In this document: positions 29,073 to 36,693 of the stretch, one piece after another
Numbering within the stretch: the first letter of the stretch is position 1
Layout of the letters: each line of letters opens with the position of its first letter
Source: Burkholderiales bacterium
GTDB lineage: Bacteria > Pseudomonadota > Gammaproteobacteria > Burkholderiales > SG8-39
Assembly: GCA_041558415.1 (NCBI GenBank)
Contig: JBFFEY010000001.1
Coordinates: 89,630 to 153,629, forward strand
Direction of reading: 5' to 3'
Length of the DNA: 64,000 nucleotides
Position numbers and translations under genes: made by a program
The notes under the pieces: model-generated
What the model saw: only the letters and a program-made list of their open reading frames with translations
What the model was told of the DNA's origin: nothing
The model's database searches: none

Positions 29073-30361
29073 CGGTTGCGCTGATTCTCGCTGGCCTGGT
29101 GCTGCTGCTGTTCACCGGGCTGCCGATCTTCGCCGGCCTGGCGCTGTTCGGCGGGGCGTTGCTGGTTGCCACCCAGGGCGGGCTCGGCTCGATCAGCGAG
29201 GTGATCTTCGGCGAGCTGAACCGTTATCTACTGGTGGCGATCCCGCTGTTCGCGTTCATGGCGCACGTCATGATCCGCGGCAGGATCGTCGACGACCTGT
29301 ACAACACCGCGTACACGCTGACGCGTCATCTGCCGGGCGGCGTGGCGATCGCCACGGTCGCCGCCTGCACGATCTTCGCCGCGATTTCCGGCTCCAGCGT
29401 GGCGACCGCGCTGACGATCGGGTCGGTGGCGATCCCGCAGATGATCCGCTTCGGCTATCCACCGCGGGCGGCCTACGGCGTCGTCGCCGCCGGCGGCACG
29501 CTCGGCATCCTGATCCCGCCCTCGGGCCCGATGGTGCTCTACGGTGTGGTCGCCGAGACTTCGATCGGTGGCCTGTTCATGGCGGGGCTGCTTCCCGGGC
29601 TGCTGATGGCACTCATCTTCTCGGCCTGGTGCATGGGCTCGACGGCGCTCGGCGCGCCCAGGACGCGGCGCGCGCCACGCGCCTCGCTCGGCGAGGCTGC
29701 GGTTGCGATCCGCAAGTCGCTCTGGGCGCTCTCGCTTCCGGTGTTCGTGCTCGGTGGCATGTACGCCGGGGTGTTCACCGCGACCGAGGCGGCGGCCGCA
29801 GGCGCCGCGCTCGCGCTCGCCGTCGCGACGCTCGTCTATCGCAGCCTTGGCTGGCGCGACATCTGGGACTCGGCGCTCGACGCGAGCCGCACCTCGGCGA
29901 TGCTGTTCATGATCCTCGCCGGCGCATCGGTGCTCGGCTTCGTGCTCACCAAACTGCGCATCCCACACCAGATCGTCGAGTTGGTGGTCGCCATGAACAT
30001 CGGGGTGGCCGGTTTCCTGGTTGCGATGATGGTGCTCATCGTGGTGCTCGGCATGTTCCTCGAGTCGATCGCAATCATCCTCATCACCACGCCGGTGATC
30101 CTGCCGGTAATGGCGCATCTCGGCATCAATCCGATCTGGTACGGCGTGCTGCTCACCATCAACCTCGAGCTCGCCATGATCACGCCACCGGTGGGGATGA
30201 ACCTGTTCACCATCAAGGCGGTGACGCAGGCGCCGATCGGCGAAGTGATCCGCGGGGCGCTGCCCTATGCGCTGCTGATGATCCTCTGTCTGGCGCTGGT
30301 GATGATCTGGCCGCAGATCGCGCTATGGCTGCCGGGCACGATGCTCAACATCCGCTCCTAG
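29069..30361 (+). CDS. TRAP transporter large permease (DctM family)
   Basis: 430-aa polytopic protein with DctM-like blocks (LVAIPLFAFMA, FAAISGSSVAT, PPSGPMVLYG). Confidence 0.9.
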   Translation: MTVALILAGLVLLLFTGLPIFAGLALFGGALLVATQGGLGSISEVIFGELNRYLLVAIPLFAFMAHVMIRGRIVDDLYNTAYTLTRHLPGGVAIATVAACTIFAAISGSSVATALTIGSVAIPQMIRFGYPPRAAYGVVAAGGTLGILIPPSGPMVLYGVVAETSIGGLFMAGLLPGLLMALIFSAWCMGSTALGAPRTRRAPRASLGEAAVAIRKSLWALSLPVFVLGGMYAGVFTATEAAAAGAALALAVATLVYRSLGWRDIWDSALDASRTSAMLFMILAGASVLGFVLTKLRIPHQIVELVVAMNIGVAGFLVAMMVLIVVLGMFLESIAIILITTPVILPVMAHLGINPIWYGVLLTINLELAMITPPVGMNLFTIKAVTQAPIGEVIRGALPYALLMILCLALVMIWPQIALWLPGTMLNIRS

Positions 30362-31638
30362 CCCGCCAGGGAGGCCATGGGCGGCGCATCGCCAGTTCGC
30401 TGCACGCGCGCCGGATACTCGGCGCGGATGTCGATGCGCAATTGCGCGTGCGCGGCGCGCAGCGCGGTTTCCGCCTCGGCTGGCCGCTCGGCGCGCGAAA
30501 AGATGAAGCCGAGGTAGCTCGAACCTTCCGGTGGCGGTGCGACGAGCTGCCCGCGCTCGGCCGAAATCGTGACCTCGCTGACGCCTGGCACGGCGCGCGC
30601 CGCCTCGAGTCCTTCAATACCGTGCAGCAGCCCGCGGCGCGGAATCGGGATCATCATCACGCCGGCGGCCTTCGCCCCAGGCTCGATCGCGAGCCGCTCG
30701 CCGAGCGCGCGGCGCAGGATGAGCGCTTCCAGGCTCTGGCCGAGTAGATGCGTTAGGGCGCGGCTGCACAGGCCGCCGATCGAGCGCGCGGCAACTTCGA
30801 GAAACCAGACGCCGCCCTCATTGACGCGCAGTTCGGCGTGCACCGGGCCTTCGCGCAGGCCGGCGAGCGCGCAGAGCTGCGCGGTCTCGGCGCGGATGTG
30901 CGACTGCAGTTCCGCGGGGAGCCGCGACGGCGTGACGTAAAGTGTTTCCTCGAAAGTCGGCCCGTCGAGGGGATCGGGCTTGTCGAACAAGGCGAGGGTG
31001 GTGAGCGCGCCCGCCTGCAGCATGCCCTCGAGGGCGAGTTCGCGGCCCGGAATGAATTCCTCGACCACGAGGCCGAGCGATTGTGCGTCACGGTCGGCGC
31101 GTGCCTGGATCGCGCGCACGCGCTGCACGGCGCGCTGGAGCTCAGCGGCATCGTCGGCGCGGATCACGCCGCGGCTCGCGGAAAGGCGCCGCGGCTTCAC
31201 GACCACTGGAAAGACGAGCTGCGGCAACAGCGCCTCGGGTTCGGCGTCGCTCGGCAGATGATGGAACGCCGGGCAGGGCAGGCCGTGGCGCCGCAGCAGC
31301 CCGCGAAACGCCAGCTTGTCGCGCAACACGCGCACCGCCTGCGCGCTGTTGCCGGCGAGACCGAATCGCGCGCAGAGCAGCGCCGCAAGTTCGAGTCCCG
31401 AATCGTCGACCGCCAGCACGGCGTCGGGTGCACGGCCGATCTCGCGCAGCACGGTGTCGGCCGCTTGCTCGGCGCGGTCGAAGTGCAGCGCCATGATCGG
31501 TGCCATGCCCCAGGCGGGCGCAAGCTGGTGGCAGTAATTCGCCGCTGCGACGATTTCGACGCCGAGCGCCTGCGCCGCCGCGCGGAAGTCGCGGTTGCGG
31601 TAGCCGGTTGTCGGCAAGAGCAGCAGGACGCGCTTCAT
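30358..31638 (-). CDS. ATP-grasp domain protein (carboxylate-amine / L-amino-acid-ligase-like architecture)
   Basis: ATG at 31638, 8 nt after the radical-SAM stop. 426 aa with a pre-ATP-grasp N-domain. FPVVVKPRRLSASRGVIRADD, VVEEFIPGRELALEG and ...HAELRV...FLEVAARSIGG are typical ATP-grasp blocks. Confidence 0.75.
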   Translation of the reverse strand: MKRVLLLLPTTGYRNRDFRAAAQALGVEIVAAANYCHQLAPAWGMAPIMALHFDRAEQAADTVLREIGRAPDAVLAVDDSGLELAALLCARFGLAGNSAQAVRVLRDKLAFRGLLRRHGLPCPAFHHLPSDAEPEALLPQLVFPVVVKPRRLSASRGVIRADDAAELQRAVQRVRAIQARADRDAQSLGLVVEEFIPGRELALEGMLQAGALTTLALFDKPDPLDGPTFEETLYVTPSRLPAELQSHIRAETAQLCALAGLREGPVHAELRVNEGGVWFLEVAARSIGGLCSRALTHLLGQSLEALILRRALGERLAIEPGAKAAGVMMIPIPRRGLLHGIEGLEAARAVPGVSEVTISAERGQLVAPPPEGSSYLGFIFSRAERPAEAETALRAAHAQLRIDIRAEYPARVQRTGDAPPMASLAG

Positions 31639-31646
31639 CGCGTCGC

Positions 31647-33134
31647 TCAGAACGACTGCAGCTGCTGTGCGGTCGGCTCGGCGCAGCAGTACCAAGGTTC
31701 GGAGAGGCGCGGAATCGGCGCGCCGAGGTCACCGGGCAGCGGCGGCCCGCCGCGGCCCGCAGCGGCGTGCGCCTGCTCCCAGATCGCGGCGAAGGCGTCG
31801 CGGCGCGCAACACTGTCGGCTTCGCAGTGCGCGACCAGCGCTTGCAGTTCCCGCTGCAGCCGGTCGACGCGAGCGTCGCGGTGCGCCCAGGGATAACCGA
31901 GCAGTGCCGCATCGAACGGTTGCAGCATCTCCCTGAAGCCGGGCAGCGCAAGCAGCCAGGAACCCTGCGGCACCAGTAGCCGGATCGTGAGCTGCACCGG
32001 CGGCACGCTCTCCACCAGCCGCAGCTGCACCAGGCGCTCGAGCAGTGCGAGGTAGCCCTCGAGCGTCGTCCAGGGCGTGAAGGCGACAAAGGTCGGTGCC
32101 AGGGCGATGCCGGCGGCGCGCGTCAGGGCCACCGCGCGGTCGAAGTCCGCGCTGCGGTGGTGCTTGTCGAGCAGACGGAGAATGTCGTCATCGACCGCTT
32201 CGACCGCGGACGTGATAAACAGACAGCCGCTGGCGCGCAGTTCCGGCAGCAGTGCGGCGTGATTGATCAGGTGCTGAATCTTGATGGTTGCGTCGAAGGT
32301 GACTTCCGGAAACGCGGCGTGCAGGGCGCGGGCCAGACGCAGGCCATGGGTGGGCCCGTTGAGGAAATCCGGATCGCCGAAGGAGATGTGCTGCGCACCC
32401 TCGGCAACCTGCTGCCGGATGTCTTCGATCACGATGTCCGGCGGCACGGCGCGAAAGCGTCCCTGGTAAACGGGAACCACCGGGCAGTGCCGGCACAGGT
32501 GTTTGCAGCCGCGGCTGCCTTCTGCAAAGCCGGCGACGCGCGTCGTGCCATCGGGCAGCACGAGGTGCGCATAGCGCGCCAGCCTCGGCAGCACGCTGCG
32601 GTCCGGCACCACGAAGCTGAGCCTGCGCACGGTCTCTTCCGGCGCGTCGCCTGCGCGCGTCGAGCCGGCATCCTGCAGGCGCCGGCACAGCTCGAGCAGC
32701 GCCGTCTCGGGCTCGGCGTCGAGCACCGTGTTGACACCGAGATCGCGCAGCAGCGCCGCGTTCATCGGCGCATACAGCCCGTAGGCGCAGAGCTCCGCCT
32801 GCGGCGCGAGCTGGCGGATGCGCGGCAGCGCCTCGATCGCGATACGGGTCGCGGTATGCATGCCGAGGGAGATCGCCACCACGCGGGCGTCGCGCAGTAC
32901 TTCCGCGTCTAGCGTCTCGAGCGACAGGTCGAGCGCGCGCACGACGAAGCCCGCCCGCCTGAGCTGCGCCGCGGGCTGGGCGAGCGCGAACGGCTGTCGG
33001 CCCAGCTCGTAGGGGTTGACGAGGACGACGCTGAGCGGTGCAGCTACTTCGCGCGCGGCCGCTGCGCGTAGGGCGCCGGGCCCGGCTCGCGGCTCGCTCC
33101 GGCCTCGGCCAGGCGACGGAGATAGTCCTGCCAC
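31647..33134 (-). CDS. B12-binding-domain radical SAM protein with a C-terminal CCAEP tail
   Basis: Radical SAM cluster motif CKHLCRHC (CxxxCxxC) follows an N-terminal Rossmann-like B12-type domain (VVLVNPYE...VVAISLGMH). C-terminus is ...EPWYCCAEPTAQQLQSF. I recall a RefSeq family named 'CUAEP/CCAEP-tail radical SAM protein'. Start uncertain: GTG 33134 or ATG 33176, both inside the DUF971 gene. Confidence 0.75.
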   Translation of the reverse strand: MAGLSPSPGRGRSEPRAGPGALRAAAAREVAAPLSVVLVNPYELGRQPFALAQPAAQLRRAGFVVRALDLSLETLDAEVLRDARVVAISLGMHTATRIAIEALPRIRQLAPQAELCAYGLYAPMNAALLRDLGVNTVLDAEPETALLELCRRLQDAGSTRAGDAPEETVRRLSFVVPDRSVLPRLARYAHLVLPDGTTRVAGFAEGSRGCKHLCRHCPVVPVYQGRFRAVPPDIVIEDIRQQVAEGAQHISFGDPDFLNGPTHGLRLARALHAAFPEVTFDATIKIQHLINHAALLPELRASGCLFITSAVEAVDDDILRLLDKHHRSADFDRAVALTRAAGIALAPTFVAFTPWTTLEGYLALLERLVQLRLVESVPPVQLTIRLLVPQGSWLLALPGFREMLQPFDAALLGYPWAHRDARVDRLQRELQALVAHCEADSVARRDAFAAIWEQAHAAAGRGGPPLPGDLGAPIPRLSEPWYCCAEPTAQQLQSF

Positions 33135-33445
33135 ATCTCCTCCTGGTGCAGGCCGTACTGGTACAGGAGGTCCCATGAATAGATTCCGGTGTCGTGACCG
33201 TCCGAAAATACGAGCTGGATCGCGTAGGTGCCCACCGGCTCGATATGCGTGATGCCAACGTCCTGCTTGCCGGTCTGCAGCACCTCCTGTCCCGGTCCGT
33301 GGCCGCGCACTTCTGCAGAAGGCGAATGCACGCGCAGGAACTCGCAGGGCAGCTGAAACGTTTTGCCGTCGGCGAACGAGATCTCCAGCACGCGCGACTT
33401 CTGGTGCAGCTTGATCTCGGTGGGTTGTGGGGAATTTCCGTCCAT
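33044..33445 (-). CDS. DUF971-domain protein (gamma-butyrobetaine-hydroxylase-N-terminal-like)
   Basis: ATG at 33445. 133 aa. Blocks LEISFADGKTFQLPCEFLRVHSPSAE and YAIQLVFSDGHDTGIYSWDLLY match what I know as DUF971. Confidence 0.75.
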   Translation of the reverse strand: MDGNSPQPTEIKLHQKSRVLEISFADGKTFQLPCEFLRVHSPSAEVRGHGPGQEVLQTGKQDVGITHIEPVGTYAIQLVFSDGHDTGIYSWDLLYQYGLHQEEMWQDYLRRLAEAGASREPGPAPYAQRPRAK

Positions 33446-33537
33446 ACCAGCTTGTGTCGAGGCCTTGGGCCGACACGCACTATAGCAACTCAAGACAGCG
33501 GCAAAGCCAGGGTTATTGCGGCGCGCTTCGGGCGCGC

Positions 33538-34530
33538 TCAGCCGCCCGCGGTGAAGCCTCGTGCGTACACGGACTCCAGCCGGTCGACGACCTCCGCCGG
33601 CAGGGGCCCCTGGGCCTCGGCCGCGATGACTTCCTCGAGGTGCGTCGGCTCACCGAGACCGACGACGAAGCAGGCGAAATCCGGATGCGCGAGGGCAAAG
33701 CGCAGCGCCGTCTGCGCGCGCGTGCCGTGCCCGGGGCCGAGCGCAGCGAGCGCGGCATGGGCGCGCTGCGTCTCGACGTCGAGCGCGCTTTTCTCGGTGA
33801 GCACCATCTCGCGCCCGTGACGCAGGTCGGTGGCGAGCACGCCGGAGGCGAAAACCCGGATGCCCATCATCGCCACGTCGTGCCGCGCGCAGGCGGCCGC
33901 CACGCCGGAAAAACGGTGCCCGCTCCAGCCGACCGGCATGATGCGCGCCGCGCTCGGGTTGAGCAGGTTGTAGTACACCTGCGCCGAGTCGAAGCGTCCG
34001 CTGTCGAGCGCGCGGACGATCGCCGTCGCCTCGCCCAGCGCGGTCAGCCCGATGAAACGCGTCAGGCCTTCTTTACGCATGCGCTCGAGGCCGTCGGCGA
34101 CGCCGCCCTTGCGCAGCACGTCCTCGACGCTGATGGCGCCCAGCACCCCGCTGCCGGTGCGCGCGCCGATCTGGTTGTGCAGCTGCAGCAGGTCCACCGA
34201 GTCGCGCTTCAGGCGGCGCAGGCTCTCATGCACGCTGCGCTCGATGGTGCCCGGGATGTCCGACAAGTCGTTTAGGTCGAGCCGCACCTTGGTCGAGAGG
34301 TAAGGCTTGTCCTCGACCTCGGCGAGCAGCCAGCCGAGCGCTTCCTCCGAGCGACCCTGGCCGTACAGCGGCGCGGTGTCGATCCAGTTGATGCCGGCGT
34401 CTAGCGCACGGCGCAGCACGCGGCGGCGCGTGTCGTCGTCGGCGAGGATGATGACGCCGCCGACGTAGCCGCCGCCGAACACGACCTGCGAGACCTTGAG
34501 GCCGGTGCGGCCGAACCGCCGATATTTCAT
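33538..34530 (-). CDS. Aldo/keto reductase family oxidoreductase
   Basis: MKYRRFGRTGLKVSQVVFGGG..., IDTAPLYGQGRSEE, LLQLHN: classic AKR blocks. 330 aa. Confidence 0.88.
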   Translation of the reverse strand: MKYRRFGRTGLKVSQVVFGGGYVGGVIILADDDTRRRVLRRALDAGINWIDTAPLYGQGRSEEALGWLLAEVEDKPYLSTKVRLDLNDLSDIPGTIERSVHESLRRLKRDSVDLLQLHNQIGARTGSGVLGAISVEDVLRKGGVADGLERMRKEGLTRFIGLTALGEATAIVRALDSGRFDSAQVYYNLLNPSAARIMPVGWSGHRFSGVAAACARHDVAMMGIRVFASGVLATDLRHGREMVLTEKSALDVETQRAHAALAALGPGHGTRAQTALRFALAHPDFACFVVGLGEPTHLEEVIAAEAQGPLPAEVVDRLESVYARGFTAGG

Positions 34531-34689
34531 GGACTCCCTTCCTTCAAGCGCTCACCATTAAATTTATATGTTTTAGTTCAATAACTTAATACTTTTTAAC
34601 GACGTTGCAGATCAACAACAACGAGCATCCCATTAATTAAACAAGGTAAATGGATGTTGACAGGGTGGCGCGACAAGCGCATTCTAGAG

Positions 34690-34810
34690 TCACTTTCCAG
34701 CGGCTCACCAAGAAGGCCGCGGAAACTGCCCGAAGTACCCTCCTCCTCCTCCTCTCGGGCTCCTCGGCAGAGACTGGCCCCTGGCAATAACCAGGGGCTT
34801 TCTTTTTTCT
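34690..34810 (+). ncRNA. Candidate small RNA (or leader) with an anti-Shine-Dalgarno CCU-repeat loop
   Basis: TTGACA at 34657-34662 with a weak -10 about 17-18 nt downstream. Hairpin 34700-34720. Hairpin 34728-34760 (GCCCGA/TCGGGC) has the loop AGUACCCUCCUCCUCCUCCUC. Strong terminator at 34777-34810. No credible ORF. The 5' end is approximate. Confidence 0.5.
34777..34810 (+). terminator. Rho-independent terminator of the candidate sRNA
   Basis: 8-bp stem GCCCCTGG/CCAGGGGC with loop CAATAA, followed by TTTCTTTTTTCT. Confidence 0.8.
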
Positions 34811-34931
34811 GCCCGCGGGTCAGACGAGCCGAGCGCGAACGCCGTGCAGCCGTCCGCGGCGACTGCATCGTGCGCCGGTTCTCGGGGGACTCGGTAGACT
34901 TTGCGCCTCAGCCCAAACGAGGAGTCGGACC

Positions 34932-35402
34932 ATGCGCGTTTTTCTGATCCTGGGGATCGCCGGTGCTCTGGTTTTGCTGTCGATCCCGTCACAGGCTCAA
35001 ATGGGCGGCCGCGGCATGATGCAGGGTGGCGGCATGATGGGCGGCCCCATGGCGCGTCACCGCATGGCGATGCACGGCGGCCTGCCTTCGGAATACGCCT
35101 CGAAGAAGAACCCGCTCAAGGCATCGGCGGACAACGTGGCCGCGGGCAAGGCGCTTTTCACGCAGAACTGTGCCGTCTGCCATGGCGCGAAAGGTGCGGG
35201 CGACGGCGAGGGCGGCAAGGCGCTCAACCCGCCGCCAGGCGACTTGCGCGGCCTGAGCCGCATGCCCATGGCGGGCGACGCGTTTTACTACTGGACGATC
35301 GCCGAGGGCGGCGCACCGGTGAAGAGCGCGATGCCGCCCTACAAGTCGGTGCTCAAGGAAGACGACATCTGGAGGCTGGTGCACTACCTGCGCACGCTGT
35401 GA
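34932..35402 (+). CDS. Monoheme c-type cytochrome with a Met/Gly-rich N-terminal segment
   Basis: ATG after GAGGAG. Signal peptide ...LLSIPSQA/QM. Mature N-terminus MGGRGMMQGGGMMGGPMARHRMAMHGG. Heme motif CAVCH with a distal MPPY. Confidence 0.85.
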   Translation: MRVFLILGIAGALVLLSIPSQAQMGGRGMMQGGGMMGGPMARHRMAMHGGLPSEYASKKNPLKASADNVAAGKALFTQNCAVCHGAKGAGDGEGGKALNPPPGDLRGLSRMPMAGDAFYYWTIAEGGAPVKSAMPPYKSVLKEDDIWRLVHYLRTL

Positions 35403-35472
35403 CGCCCATGCTGGTCCGACGGTCGCTGCCCGCGGAGGGCAATCGCTGATCGCGCTGCCGCAGCCCCATTGG

Positions 35473-36693
35473 CTGCGCCTTTTCAGTGTCGGCTCGCTGG
35501 TGCTCGCCACTGCGCTGCTGCCGGCGATGGCCGTCGGCGAGGAGACCGTCACGCCCGAGCAGCAGCAAGCGCGCAAGCGCGAGGCCGAGGCGTCGGAGGA
35601 CCCGCTCAAGCAGCGCCAGGCGGAGAAGGTCGACCGTCCGGATCTGTGGAGCGACGAGCCGAGCGGCGTTGACCTGTACGGCAGCGTGCGGTTGCGTTAC
35701 CGCAAGGCGGGCGGCGACACGGTGCTCGGCGACGGCGGCTCGCGCATCGGACTGGAGGCCAACTGGCAGTACCGCCCGCAAAGCTGGCTGCATGGTCGCG
35801 TCGAGGCGGGCTTCAACGTGCTCGATGCTTTCGACCGCGTGTTCAGTCCAGGCAGCCGCGGCGCAAGCGATGCTGCATTGATCACGCCGCGACTCTATTA
35901 CGCCGGCGTGGAAACCCCCAGGCTGATCGCGTCGTTCGGCAAGATATGGTCGACCTACTACCAGGTCACCGCCTTTACCGATTTGTTCGACAGTACCGGC
36001 GGCAGCGCATCGGGTACCTACAACGCACAGACCGACGGCGGCCCGAGCGGCACCGGACGCGCCGATTCGGTGTTGCAGACGCGCCTCACGGTCGACTGGT
36101 TCCCGGATTCGTTTCACGTCAAGCCGTTCGACATGAACGTGCAGTTGCAGTACGAGCGAAAGATTCCGAATGTCGAGGGCGCGCGCTACGGTCTCGCGCT
36201 CGGCATGAGCGCGGTGTTCAAGACGAAGGATGACACCGAGGTCGGCTTCGCCTACAACTACGCCGACGTGCGCGACGAGAACGCGCCCGCGGTGTCCGCG
36301 GCCGGCATCGACGGCGACGACCATGCGCTCGCGATCGCCGCGCGCCGCATCAGCGATCGCTGGTACCTGGCGAGCACCGTCGCGCGGCTGCTCAACCACG
36401 AGACCACCGACCAGAAGCTGTATGTCGATGCCTGGGGCTGGGAGCTGTACGCCCGCTACCGCCTGTTCGGCAAGCTGTGGGCGGTGGGCGGCTGGAACTG
36501 GCTCAAGCCCGATCGCGGACAGCCGCTCGCCGGGCTGTACCGTGTGAAATACGGCGTGCTTGGCCTGCGTTACTCGATCAAGGAGTTCCGCCGCCTCGTT
36601 TACCTCGAAGCGCGCTACGACAAGAGCCGCAACGCGGACGGTTCGCCGATCGGCGATAGTGCGGCCTTCGGCATCCGGTGGGATTTCGATTGA
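35473..36693 (+). CDS. Outer-membrane beta-barrel porin-like protein
   Basis: Alternating beta-strand pattern with Tyr/Gly-rich turns, ending ...AAFGIRWDFD. A charged coiled-coil-like segment follows the signal peptide. Start uncertain: CTG 35473 gives (M)RLFSVGSLVLATALLPAMA/VG, while GTG 35500 gives a truncated signal. Confidence 0.65.
   Translation: MRLFSVGSLVLATALLPAMAVGEETVTPEQQQARKREAEASEDPLKQRQAEKVDRPDLWSDEPSGVDLYGSVRLRYRKAGGDTVLGDGGSRIGLEANWQYRPQSWLHGRVEAGFNVLDAFDRVFSPGSRGASDAALITPRLYYAGVETPRLIASFGKIWSTYYQVTAFTDLFDSTGGSASGTYNAQTDGGPSGTGRADSVLQTRLTVDWFPDSFHVKPFDMNVQLQYERKIPNVEGARYGLALGMSAVFKTKDDTEVGFAYNYADVRDENAPAVSAAGIDGDDHALAIAARRISDRWYLASTVARLLNHETTDQKLYVDAWGWELYARYRLFGKLWAVGGWNWLKPDRGQPLAGLYRVKYGVLGLRYSIKEFRRLVYLEARYDKSRNADGSPIGDSAAFGIRWDFD

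Noticed and set aside
30358-30361. The convergent dctM and ATP-grasp genes share the palindrome CTAG, so both stop codons occupy the same 4 bp.
   Set aside because: A neat coincidence of two TAG stops with no evident functional implication beyond the absence of an intergenic terminator.
31647-33476. The full 609-aa version of the radical SAM ORF (start at 33476).
   Set aside because: The extra N-terminal 110 codons completely overlap the DUF971 gene in another frame and have no domain-like sequence. The shorter starts at 33134 or 33176 are preferred.
33446-33537. Search for a RiPP precursor peptide or small ORF next to the radical SAM / ATP-grasp genes.
   Set aside because: The 92-nt gap contains only a small hairpin (GCGCGC-CCGAA-GCGCGC) and a TATAGT box. 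No start codon with an RBS opens a peptide-sized frame here or at the other cassette boundaries.
34654-34947. 97-aa ORF (and the antisense ORFs 34596..34868 and 34705..34992) covering the intergenic region.
   Set aside because: No coding periodicity and no RBS. The sequence is better explained by hairpins plus an intrinsic terminator, so I treat it as an RNA candidate instead.
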